In this document: positions 27,003 to 40,000 of the stretch, piece after piece
How positions within the stretch are numbered: the stretch's first letter is position 1
How the letters are laid out: each line of letters opens with the position of its first letter
From: Fistulifera solaris
Lineage: Eukaryota
NCBI GenBank assembly: GCA_030295235.1
Contig: AP026138.1
Span: 806,001-870,000 of the forward strand
Length of the DNA stretch: 64,000 nt
Reading direction: 5' to 3'
Notes under the pieces: model-generated
Told to the model about the DNA's origin: nothing
The model's input: the letters and a program-made list of their open reading frames with translations, nothing else
Database searches by the model: none
Position numbers and translations under genes: made by a program

Positions 27003-27835
27003 TGCAAAGTTGTTTCAACCGCGCATTTTAGATTTATTTAGCTCAGAAATATAATCATGGAGCGACGACAAACTATAGAAATTGTCTCTTCTGGAAATCA
27101 TATCTGCCGTAATAATGGCTATAAATGCTCAACAAAGTAAATAGGACGTTTGGCGATGTTTAGAGTTTAGAGCGGCATTTACATGATCTGCGAAAGGGAA
27201 TTGCTGCGTGCTAGTGGTTGCAAGTTGCGAGTCGCGAGGCGACTATTTGGCCGTTTTTTACCGACTTTCGCCCCAATCCAGATCAAGCTGTAACACAACC
27301 ACACAACACTATATTTGAGTCTATCACCAACGCTTGCTCGTGCAGCGTTACGGTTGATGTTCGATTTCTGCTGGTATTTTTATTCAGACTGTTGTCATCA
27401 TGCCTTTGAAAGTCGTGTTGCAGTCCATTCTGAGTGATATAAAAAATTGAAGGCGCTTTTGTAAAGAATGGAAATTATGACACGGGTAAAAACATCTCGG
27501 CGTGTGTACAGCAGCCATCAATCCGCCTGCGTTTCGTTGCATCATTCGACGCTACAACTGTAGCGATAAGCTTGCCCTTTGCCGTTTCCTTTACTCGGAA
27601 ATCTTGGTGATACTATACGCGCCGGGTGTTTGTTGTATTGCTGCGGTATTCGATACCCTCGACAAAAGTCTTTGGGCACGGGCGCGAGAGGCGAGCTTAT
27701 CAAACAGAAACCATTACCCCAAAAGATAAGGATGCTACTTTGATCGCAATATACTCAATGAATTCGACCGCCGTTTGTCGAGTAAGTATCACGATTTAGC
27801 ATACCATCAAATGAGAAAGAGTCCTTACGCAAACA

Positions 27836-28721
27836 CGAGTGGTGGTGTCGTCAAAGACTTTATTGAATTTCTCGAACAAACGGTCGATGCTTACAGTTCC
27901 ACGAGCTCGTCGTCGTATAGTTCCGTAAACAATGAAAATGATGCGGATTTACAATTCTTGTTACAAGTGGGCAGTATTCGTCAAGTCGGAGATGAGATGG
28001 ACGAAACAGAGTTGGTGTTGCAGCAATTGAACAAAAAGATGCAGCGTATGGACATGGACTTGATGGAATTGCAAGCTGATATCGCCACTTCCACGAAATT
28101 TACACAAAAGATGGAACTGGAAGAATCGGTCGATGAATTACGAGCTCGGAAACGCGTGGTGGAGAACTACATTCAGAAAGCACGAAAGCGATTGCTGGCT
28201 TTGCAAACGCGATACAAACAGTTGGTCGTCCAAGGTGAGAATGATCCCAAAGCGGGAGGAACGAGTCGCTCGCCTCGTGCAGATACGAGTTACACCAGTC
28301 CTCCTCCGCCACCACCTCGTGCTTCATCGTCGTCTGCTACCAGCAGTCAAAATAATAACAATTCGGAGGATTCGTGGAAAGAGGAAAGCTTTGGGTCGTT
28401 CGGTCGCGGACGGGGTAGTTCTCGACGGAGAGCACAACGAAATACATCGTACGAATCATCATCCAGTTCATCAACAAGTGCTGGAAGCGCATCTTCGTCT
28501 TTTATTCATCCTCATCTCCGAGTCAGTCGTCGTATGCAGCTCCGGAATCGAATCGGTCGACGTCGCCGTCCACACCGGCTTCGACGCCTGGTAGCTACGA
28601 CTACATCCCACCACATTGACACACACAAGCGTCATCATCCACACAAGAAGATAAGCGGCGACTGCGTGAGATCAAAGTGGATGAGGAATTTGAAAAGCTT
28701 AAGCGCGATTTGGGTTTATAA
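27836..28721 (+). pseudogene. 5'-truncated copy of the DnaJ gene (no signal peptide or J domain)
   Basis: Matches the DnaJ gene only from SGGVVKDFIEF onward. Frame disruption near 28500-28525. Confidence 0.8.
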
Positions 28722-28847
28722 GATCAACACGTGAAAATAAAACGAATACCTTTCAATACAATTTTCAGGAAAGGCAGACCTTGCTGGTACGTTACAAGGC
28801 CAAAGATTGGTTGTTAAATTAATTAATTAATTAAATTAATTAATAAT

Positions 28848-30124
<1,277 letters not shown>

Positions 30125-31063
30125 CTTGGTATTTGTTAATGAAAAGATTACTCAAACAAGGACGTTGAATTGTGATACAATTCCGAAAAGATCTTCGCGT
30201 TGTTTAGTCGATGGCGTGTGAGTGGTGGCATGGTCGTACGTCAGTGCCGCTTTTCACGCAACCGCGCCAATAGCGCGCCATATTTACTGTCAAACACAAT
30301 GTACTATCGCTCGATGATGCGCATACGTATGAGAGGACCCGAAAGGAGAAGGAGAGCAACGCGCGCTTTCGTCCGCATTTTGACGAAAGACAGATGGACC
30401 GACAAGAATACTTAGATGAGTTGAGTCCTACAGGTTATCAAATCCACCAATCAAATTGTAGTTGTAATTTTTCCACGCCTTGTGTCTCGAAATGAGACAA
30501 ACGGCCACAATGGACAATGGCGGCCGCGTGGCGTGGCCTACGCTCGCGTCGCCGTGCGGCGCACACATGTCACTGTCACCGCAACCAACGATCTGACTGA
30601 CTCAGTTAGAGTAGAGGTTCAAAAGATACGACAACAGCAGCAAGGATACTCCGCAATTGCTAGGGGAGATGGATGCGACTTGCAGCAACAATCATAGTAC
30701 CTGGTAATCTGAAAGACTGAGCATCACTTCTACGAGATTACTCTATAGAAGGCGACTCGAATCACCACCGTTGAAAGACACAAGACACAAGAAAAAAAGC
30801 TGAGATGCTTTGTGCCATATTTGCGGCTAAAATAATGCGAACCACTACATCGATCCTAATTAGGTACCGTATTGATAAAAAAATGAGAGCTGTAAGTGAC
30901 TTGCAAAAATATTAATAATTGGAATCAAAAGCTATTTGCCAAAATCTAATTTTTCTATGCTTTGTGAACTGGTGACTGTCTGTCTGTCCGGGACAGCTGA
31001 ACGATAGAGCGAACAACACCATGGGAGATGCTGTATAGGTATAGTACTTCCATCGCAGCGCCC

Positions 31064-32594
31064 TTATGGTTTTTTCGTTATTTTGCTTGAACGCTTACGA
31101 GAGCGAGCCTTAGAAGAAGCCGGAGGTGCATCTGACGATGGCGTTGGTATCCCCTGATATATTCTAGGTGGGGGTGGCATGGTAGCACTCGTATTTGACA
31201 CGGTGTTGGACATGATATAGGAAGAAGGCACTGAGTTTGGTTGCTGAGAAATATCAAACGCCGAGCTGCCTTGCTTCTGTAGCATGTGTGTTGCCTGAGT
31301 GTTTAGCGCATACTGCATTTGATTCTGCTGCATTTGCTGGAGTTGTTGTAACTGTAGCGCATTCAATGCGGAATTCATCGACGAAATGTTTGCGCTATTC
31401 ATCATCATCATGTTCAAGGACTGCCCAAAAAGCACTGCATTGCTCGATAGACCCCCTTGATTCAAAATCGCTGTGCTATTGCCTGAGAAATTCGGCACTT
31501 GAAGCATGTTGCTAGAATTAACAAGGTTCCTTTGCGAATTCGGGGGCTGATTCATTCCTCCAGGAACAGGCTGCAGTTGCAAAGGGCGAGGAAGCGGTAG
31601 TCCTAAGGGAAAGCTAGATGATTGAATCGCATTCTCTGCCCCATGTTGTTGATTGGAAGAAGAAGGTTGATTAGTCGAGACATCCCCGACGACCGATGGA
31701 GAAGTGTATTGCTGCGTGAAACTCAACCGAGATGACGAGGGAAGCGATGATTCGGACACAGAACCGACTGACGTCGGCACAACATTATTCTCAGCCAGCC
31801 TTTGAATTGTTTGCAGTGACGCTGAAGAGGCGAGGGAAGCAGTCGAGTTTCGTTTGGAAACGTTTTCAGCAGAAGTAAGAGACGAGATAGAAGATCGGGA
31901 GCTCATCATTGAATTTCGTTTTGTTTTTCCTGCTTGATATTGTTGCGTGATAGCTTTTGCGATTGTTTTCAGCCGTGATTTGAGGGATTTTCGATCAAGG
32001 TAAGCTTCTAGTGAAGGAGCACTTCGATACAAACGTTCTTCAAGTTTTTGTACTTTGTGAGGCAATTGCTGTAACCACGCCTGAGATGGCGGTGAAGTTT
32101 TGCGCATTTGCAGCAATTTCGCTCTAAGAGTTAGGAAAGAAACAGAATTATGAGGCCGTGCACCCTGTATATAACATTCAGCAACGCAGATCTGCGCTTA
32201 CATTTTCCATTTGCATCGCTTTGCGATGAAGTTTATCAGCCGCTTCACTGTGCCAACGCGGCGGAGGAAGCGAGCGATCTGCGTGTTCAATTTTGAGGCT
32301 CTGTCGCTTCTTTTTCGGTTTTACTGAGGCAGCATCGGCCGGTTTCTCATCCTCTGCTGCGGATTGCGATGATTTGATTTCAGCGGACTCTAACAGATCC
32401 TCCATGCTAATTCCGTCGAAAAACATAGCGTCATAATCGATAGTCATATCACCCGAGCCTCCATCCTTAACTTCCTCATCATCGTCATTGAAAACATCAA
32501 ATAAGCCAGCGTCCATGGGGACTGCTACTTCTCCTTCGTCACTAGCTGCATTATTATTTGTTTCCTCGTTCAGCTCGTCCGAATCGATTGTCAT
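31064..32594 (-). CDS. KIX-like (MED15/CBP KIX_2-type) domain protein with Gln/Ser-rich tail (intron ~32124-32201)
   Basis: WHSEAADKLHRKAM...AKLLQMRK...WLQQLPHKVQKLEERLYRSAPSLEAYLDRKSLKSRL. Acidic N-terminus, Q-rich region, basic NLS-like C-terminus. Confidence 0.7.
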
Positions 32595-33418
32595 TATCGA
32601 AACACATTTCAGTCCTCTTAGTTGATGATTCACGAAACGTGAAATTCGATCAAGAGAACGACTGTCTTGCTTGTCGGAAAGCAATTAGTTATCTCTGTTA
32701 TCGATTGTTGTTGTTATTATTATCGTTGATGCTTTGCAAAGACATGGGCAAGGAAAAGAAAGTGTAGAACGGATCTTCCATCGAAAACTGCTCAGAGAAC
32801 GGGTAAATAATGAGGCTGGGATTGACCTGCGAACTTCAAAGGCCCAGAAGTACAGAAACGTTGATAGCCGAGATAACATTGAATAAGAGGTGACATCTTT
32901 TGTGGTTGAGCTCGACTGTGATTGGCCAGCCATTTACACTAAATACAAAGGCAATGACCTAATGACTGCATGCGAATACCGGTCAAAGAGATACTATTAG
33001 CTTCTAAGTATATTCAGATGTCATTGTCCAGTCGGTTTATTATTTTAGTCGCTACTGTGCGATGTGCGATAGCGATACTGGAGCCAGCTTCAATCTTCGA
33101 TCGCCTCAGACGAAATAATAACACGCTAGCTAATAGATAAGAGAGCTAGAAACACCTATAAGGCGAGCTACATATCGGCCATCATTATTTGTCATGAGTA
33201 AAGATAACATTTTTATTAGTTGTTTGAGTTGTTTGCATCTTGCATCACATGCATCGCATATCGTATGTGACCCGATGAAGAAAAAGCAAAAAGTATTTGC
33301 AATAAAATTGACTTGAAGGGGTTGGTGATTTAGGCTCTAGTCGAGGCTTCAAAATGTAAAAAAATGAAACTATGAACGTTTTGAGTGGAAAGATGAATTC
33401 AGTTTTAAGGACGCAGGT

Positions 33419-35407
33419 TCATGTTAAAGTCGGTAAGCCATCATCATCAGATTCTTCCGATACTGTTTCCGGTGCAACCTTGCGACTGCTTGCATCGTCA
33501 TTGACTTCTGGCGCGCGAAGAGGGGTCACGGATGCAGTTGACTGAAGACGTGAACTACCGGTTATGCTGGGGTCTCCGGCCTCATAAGACCACGCCCCTA
33601 GCGATGATTTGTCTTTAGAATCCTCATGCACGTTGCATCTAACTTTGGGTTGACGAGCTCTCGCGGTCGAAACTGTGTCAAGAGCCGATCGGACTGGGTC
33701 ATCGTTGTGTCTAGTGTCTAGTTTTAGTCCAGAGTATTCCTGTGTAAGATGTTGGGATCTGTCACTGTCAGTGTGGTCGCTTTTGCTTTCCCCTTGCACC
33801 AACTCCAGCGGCGCATTCGGTGCAAGACCGATCGGTGCAGAGACTTCTGAGATGTGCTTTTCGCATTCTTCAAAAGACCCTTTCAGCTGAACGGAAGTAG
33901 CGTCAGGCGCAAGCCAAACTGACGTTCCCCCTTTTTCTGTTGTATCAATCGAAGAGTCGAGTTCTCGTGAAGATGCATCGGGAGCTAGCCACATCGGCTT
34001 TTGATCCATCCCATTCTTTGTTGGTGGGACCCAAATGGGTAACTGGGCGGCATTGTTGTATGAATAGAAACTGGATCCTTCCGAATCGTGACTAGAAGGC
34101 ACGGGCGCAAGCCAAACTCGTCCACCAGCGGTGCTTTCGTCTGAAACGGAATTGTTGTCCTCTAGAAGAACCTTCTGTAAAATGCTGGGACCTCGTCTTC
34201 TTCTGCGTCGGGTATAGTATGCGCCACCAAATATAAGAAATCCCACAGCGGTCGCGAGCATGAGGAAGCTTCGAGTAGAGCTTAAAAAAGACGCTGACGA
34301 TTTTGGCACTTGACAGCCAAGCAGTTTCATGCACCGGCTACAAATGTTGCAGTTACGAGGACAGGCTACTGCGTCATCGCAGCTTAGGCTTCCTAGCTCC
34401 ATCATTTCCTCCGCAAAGATACATTCACAAGTGGATGAATCGCCGTCTTTTGCGCAAGTAAGCGACAAGTCCCACATCCACAAATTTTCGTATGTGTCGC
34501 ATTTGGTAATGTCAAAATCTCCGTATGGGTCGAAAGTAGCTTGGCCCTGGCTTTGACCGTCATTATTTCCGCTATTCTTTCCATCTTGACCATTATCATT
34601 CGCATTATTTCCGTTGCCATTGTTGTTTCCGTTACCTCCATTGCCGTTGTTGCTGGCATTACCTTGATTGCCATTATTGTTTGCATTGTTCCCTCCGTTG
34701 TCGTTATGGTTTGCATTGTTTCCTCCGTTGCCGTTGTTGTTGGCATTGTTTCCTCCGTTGCCGTTGTTATTCCCATTGTTTCCTCCGTTGCCGTCGTTGT
34801 TCCCATTGTTTCCTCCGTTGCCACTGTTGTTCGCATTATTGCTTCCGTTGCCACTGTTGTTTGCGCTAGTTCCATCGTTTGTTCCGTCTCCTTCATTTTC
34901 GGTAGTGTCGTTAACATTGTCAAAGTCACCGTTGCTCACGACTGTATCACTATCGTTATTAGATGATCCGTAGTCGCTCCCGCCGTTATTTGTGTTCCCA
35001 CTGTTTTCATAAGAGCCGCTAGACGTCGAGTTTCCTTTGCCTGCATGGTGTGTATATTGGCACTTTGGGGCTCTACCGGACAATTTCCATGATGACTTAA
35101 GCTCAGAATCGCTCAGACCAAGACATCCCAGATACCCCGAATGGCTTGTGCTATGGCCATGTCCACTGGGACCTGTCGGTACGAAGAGATGGTTAAGATC
35201 CTTTTGATGCCACTGTTTACACCGAGTTCGGGTGTACTTACGTTTGGGAAGACGCCGTCGGTTGAAAACTTCCGGAGTCGTCGTCGCACCTCGTAATTGA
35301 ACAGAGCCTTCATTTTCAACAAGTAACCCGCGTGCAAACGCTCCATTGGCTACGAGTAAGGAGGATAAAAGCAAGATTGTTGGGTTGAGGACACGTCGCG
35401 TTATCAT
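33419..35407 (-). CDS. Type I membrane protein: signal peptide, RRL motif, Asn/Gly-rich repeats, Cys-rich module, TM, cytosolic tail
   Basis: Single 662-aa ORF. NNGNGGNNAN repeats (30-nt unit, ~34600-34865), C-rich FDITKC...CMKLLGC, TM FLMLATAVGFLIFGGAYY followed by RRRRRR. Confidence 0.85.
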   Translation of the reverse strand: MITRRVLNPTILLLSSLLVANGAFARGLLVENEGSVQLRGATTTPEVFNRRRLPKRKYTRTRCKQWHQKDLNHLFVPTGPSGHGHSTSHSGYLGCLGLSDSELKSSWKLSGRAPKCQYTHHAGKGNSTSSGSYENSGNTNNGGSDYGSSNNDSDTVVSNGDFDNVNDTTENEGDGTNDGTSANNSGNGSNNANNSGNGGNNGNNDGNGGNNGNNNGNGGNNANNNGNGGNNANHNDNGGNNANNNGNQGNASNNGNGGNGNNNGNGNNANDNGQDGKNSGNNDGQSQGQATFDPYGDFDITKCDTYENLWMWDLSLTCAKDGDSSTCECIFAEEMMELGSLSCDDAVACPRNCNICSRCMKLLGCQVPKSSASFLSSTRSFLMLATAVGFLIFGGAYYTRRRRRRGPSILQKVLLEDNNSVSDESTAGGRVWLAPVPSSHDSEGSSFYSYNNAAQLPIWVPPTKNGMDQKPMWLAPDASSRELDSSIDTTEKGGTSVWLAPDATSVQLKGSFEECEKHISEVSAPIGLAPNAPLELVQGESKSDHTDSDRSQHLTQEYSGLKLDTRHNDDPVRSALDTVSTARARQPKVRCNVHEDSKDKSSLGAWSYEAGDPSITGSSRLQSTASVTPLRAPEVNDDASSRKVAPETVSEESDDDGLPTLT

Positions 35408-35847
35408 TGTTGTCTTTTTAGTTTGTTGTTCCTTGTTTTCTTTGTGTTACGAGTGAAATGGACCGAGGTCGTGCAAATGTGTGTGTTTGCACTTCAACGC
35501 CCACCATGATTGTGTGCACCGTGCGTTGATCGCACGCCGGTCATTTACTTGGAAAAGAACGGCTCTATGTATTTCAACGTTTATAATAAATTGCTCTTCG
35601 ATCAATGTCGTCCTCTAAGTATCCTTATTTTGAACGGTCGCGCCAAATTCAAAATTTTGTGCCAAAGTCTCTGACTATAGAATAAAGTGTACCTGATGGC
35701 GCAGCACTGTTTTCCTCTATGAATGCTTTCTAACGGATTTTGCGCGCACTTGAGAGTCCAAACGGTTACTTTGAATCAAACCTTCAAGGCGCACCTATCC
35801 TGACTCAACGCGGATCCAAACATGTGAATGTAGAGCAATGCTTCAAA

Positions 35848-36685
35848 TTACCATTTCAGAGGAAATACCCCCTCACCGTAGTTGCCGTGCAAGAAACAGC
35901 CAGTATTTCTCAAGCTAATGGCATCTATTGCTTCTAAGACACCTTTCGCACTGACATTAACGTCTCTTTGGCCCTTAACGCGCTCCTTTGTGCCACCAAA
36001 CCCTGTGTAGACATATCCAGGATGAATCATGCCGACTGCGACCCCATTCGATAGAAGGTCCACAGCTAACCCCTTCCGACCATATTGACAGCTGCCTTAG
36101 ACGCACAATAAGCATAGTGACCTCCGAAGAATTATCGGAGATCGAACCCATTGCAGATGAGATAAGGGCGACTTTGACATCCGGAGCGGCGCACGTAGAT
36201 TAGGCAAGAGAGCTTGCGTGAAGAAAGAGTGGTGCTGCCGCGTTGAGCTCAAAAGCATATTGGAATCGGTCCGGGGTAATATTATGAAGATTTTGTGACT
36301 GATTGCGATCGTTTATACTATCATAGTCTTCCGGAGGGCCTGCACGCCCCGGCATTTTGAAGAAGCAAGTGAATCGGTATCGGTGATGTCAGCGTCGGTT
36401 TCAAAATGCCTTTTCAAAGTCGAAGCAGTAGCTGCATACTTCATTATGTCAATTTTTTCCAGTATCTCTAGTTTTTTGCTGTTTTGGGCCAGCTGGGCCA
36501 GATCGGAGCTTACCTTTCGACAAATGGCATACACGCTGACATGTCGGTTTTTCCAGGAGTTGCTTGCAGAATTCCAGTCCCAATCCACGATTTGCTCCAG
36601 TGACAACGACGTTCCTAGCGGCTCCTTTCTGTGTGAAGCTTAACGTAAGCTTTATCGAAACTAATAGCACAGCGACGAACAACAT
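35848..36685 (-). pseudogene. CsgA/C-factor-like short-chain dehydrogenase with N-terminal signal peptide; several frameshifts (pseudogene or read errors)
   Basis: NVVVTGANRGLGLEFCKQLL, SKAAVNMVG, VGMIHPGYVYT, GCFLHGNYGEG. Clear paralog of 43186-43962. Confidence 0.75.
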
Positions 36686-36697
36686 GGTGGCGCTTTG

Positions 36698-37063
36698 TGT
36701 TGAATAACCAGTCACGACGTGTCTACAATAAACGGAAAGACATGTGAACTACATATTACATGATACTGAAAACGAAGCGAACAGCAATCTACCTAATCCC
36801 CGAATCCTCGTTATTCAAAGAACTAACAGCTGCCGAAGGAACCTAAACTATTACTGACAAAGAACAATGCCAGCAGCTTCTGCATATTCTACATGAATCA
36901 AATGAGAACAATGAAGAGACAAACAAGAATTCAAATCAATAGGATAACTTCATTTACTAGCTCATAATTTTAACAAGCAATCCGTTTGCAGCAATCCGTT
37001 TGCACCAAGTTAATTTTGTCAAGCCCAATCCATAGACGGCTCCGGCACCTGTGGATTTCAAGA
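36698..37063 (+). repeat. 5' LTR (TGTTGAA...TTCAAGA)
   Basis: By eye it differs from the 3' LTR only by three small indels. Contains a tandem 14-mer GCAATCCGTTTGCA x2 at 36977-37004. Confidence 0.95.
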
Positions 37064-37086
37064 CGCTTCCTCTGCGCCAAGTGACC
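37064..37086 (+). promoter_or_regulatory. Primer-binding site complementary to the first ~23 nt of a tRNA
   Basis: Reverse complement GGTCACT-TG-GCGC-AGAGGAA-GCG fits acceptor strand, U8, D-stem and D-loop. Confidence 0.7.
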
Positions 37087-40000
37087 ATAAAGCTCCGCAC
37101 TTTATAACAACTACTTCGTTCCGACGAAATGGCTGACGCTAACGCGAACAACGCCAACCAAAACCTCGCTGCTCCCGTAGCAGTAGCCTTTGCTCTAAGC
37201 CCGGCTTGAGCACCCACCATGTCATCGACTTCTCTACTCGCGAAGGATCTCGCCTCTGAAATGGCGACCAAGCAGATTGGAGATGAACGATTCGACTGCG
37301 ATCCCGGTCGCATGCGCTCTCCTTCATCGAAGGACTTAGCATCCGTGCTAGCAACTTTGGTTGGGGGCCGATCTTCAACATCCCCGACGATATCGAAGCC
37401 ATCGAGCCTGTCCAGAACACCACCAACCTCCTCTCCAACTACGGAGACATTACTTTGGAGCACATTCAAGCTCACGCACGCACATACATCGGTACCCAGA
37501 CCCGTGCAGCATGAAGACTCCTACATGGCAGCCAACTGCCTCATTTCCTCTCTAAGCCCAGCCGCCATCGATCGCATCACGATCTGGCGGGACCAGTACA
37601 CCTTTGATGGTATCCCCAGCGGGCCTTGCCTGTTCAAAGTCATCATCCGTGAGACTTACATTGACACAAATGCAACGGTCACGCATTATTCGCGCAGCTC
37701 TCCAGTTTGGACCAGTACTTACCTAAGATTCAGCACAACATCACCAAGATGAACCAGCAAGTTAAACAGCTATTGGAAGGCTTGGCAGCGCGAGGAGAAA
37801 CCACAAACGATCTTCTTGGCGAATCTCTTTAAGGGTTACAAGGCAGCCTCCGATCGCACCTTTGTCAACTACATCCTGAAGAAAGAAGAAGATTACCACG
37901 AAGGTCTTCTGATGACACCGGATCACCTCATGAACCTAGCAGATAACAAGTACAAGACCTTGGTACAACTTTCTCTGTGGAACGCTGCCTTCGCCGGAAG
38001 AAGAAAAGATTCTCGCATTGGAGGCAAAACTCCAAAAGTTGGAAAGCAAAAGAAGACCGAAAACAAGCCAAAGCATCAAGCCAAAAGCAAACCCCAGCGC
38101 AACAGAAACACTCCCAAGCCAGACTGGATGTCGGTGCCTCCAAAGGACGACGAACCCAAGCAGAAAACAGTTGAGGGAAGCGAGTACTTCTGGTGCGAAA
38201 AGCATAACTCATGGGGCAAACACAAGACGGTTGATTGTCGCCAAGCCAACATCCGCAGACCGGGAGTCTCCAAACCCGAAGCGAAGAAAGAGCGACTCGT
38301 CAAAGCGCTAGCTGCACTCCTCAATGACAGCGACAGCGATGAGGACGACAACGTAGATGAGTATTCGGACGCAAGTGACAACGAAGCAAGCGACAGTGAA
38401 TGACTTACCAAGTCTATCTGGCGGTACCTCAGCTTCAGCTGGGACTGGCTTCTTGCCTGCACCGCAACCCTGATCTACTGCTTGTTCTTTGACCACGCAC
38501 GACATTGCGACCGCTACATTCCTAAAACGACTTCGAAAGGAAACCATTAGTAAGCGATTGAAAACACTTGGTCAACGGGTCGGCAGTCCAATTCAGACTT
38601 ACCTGGTCCGCATTCACACAGTATGGATACGAAATTCCACGACCCGAACGGTCCTTCACAAGAGGCGAAAAGCAGCAAGGCAGGCACTCTACTTTTCTCA
38701 TACACCACTCATTCGATTCCGCAATCCAATAGCCAGATGGTGGAGACAATGGAAACTGGGCGTCAAAGGAGATATGTGTTAATGATGACAGCGATGTGTT
38801 ACAGTGCAAACGCGGTCCCACAAGTACTTACCAAGACTTTTGATACCGATTCAGTTCCAATTGGTGTCGACAATAGATGCTCAGCGTGCATCTCCCATGT
38901 CGCTGACGGACTTTGTTGGAAAACTACAGGAGACCAACTTGATTATCAAAGGCTTTGGCGGTAACCGCACCAGCAATGTGATGAAAGGCACTCTGAAATG
39001 GTCATGGGAAAATGATGAGGGCAAGATGACATCATTCACGATTCCAAACTCATACTACGTACCAGACGGCAAAGTTCGACTTCTATCACCGCAACATTGG
39101 GCAAAATACACCGGAAACAAACTCTCTGGATGTGATACCACGAGCAAACATGCGATTCTGTATTGGGGCAGCAACAAGAAAACAATTCCGATTGATCCAC
39201 GTTCAAACGTTGCAACGTTTTACTCCGCCCCCTGGCTGCCGCGAATTTCGAAACCTTCTGCGCCCGAAGCATCGATTCCTGACGATGAAGACGACAATCC
39301 GCTTTGTTTCGATGCAAACACAGTCGACACAACACCTTCAGAGGGAGCGAGCGCAGATTCAGAGGGAGCTGAACCATTTCGCAGCCGCACAGTTGACTTC
39401 GAGTTCGACGGCAATCAACAACAACACAAACTGGTCATACAGGAAAGTGACACAACAACAAGTCAAACAGTTCCAGCAGCCGAATTGCTCACTTACCATC
39501 GCCTTTATGGTCATGCGCCGATGGAGAAGCTTCAGGAATTGGCGAAGCAAGGAGTTATTCCACCGACTTGCAACGTGTCCGACACCGGTGTGCACCGCCC
39601 TGTTTTTACGGAAAAGCAACAAAGCGTCAGTGGCGAACGAAACCAGCTAAACAAAGCAAAACCCTTCACAAGCCTACTCACCCCGGCGAAGTTGTTGCTG
39701 TGGATCAAATGGTATCACCCACGCCTGGCCTCATTGCGCAGCTCACAGGAATCTTGACGACAAAACGCTATTTGTACGCCACCGTCTTCGGCCGACCTTT
39801 ATTCCAGCTTGAGTTATGTTCACCTGCAAAAGACACAAAGTGCGAGTGAGACCTTGGAAGCAAAACACGCTTTTGAACAATACGCTTCGAAATTGTGGAG
39901 TCGACAAGATCAAACACTATCATGCCGACAATGGAATTTTCAATTCGAACACTTGGGTCAACGATTGCGTAACAAACGGTCAGGGACTTTCCTTTGCAGG

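Noticed and set aside
34402..34973. Repetitive alternative-frame ORFs (TTTATEETM, LFPPLPLL)
   Set aside because: These are shadows of the Asn/Gly repeat in the 662-aa gene.
37040..37086. A complete tRNA gene on the minus strand at the LTR/PBS junction
   Set aside because: Only the 5' acceptor strand and D-arm fit. No proper anticodon arm, T-loop or 3' acceptor strand follows, so it was treated as a PBS.
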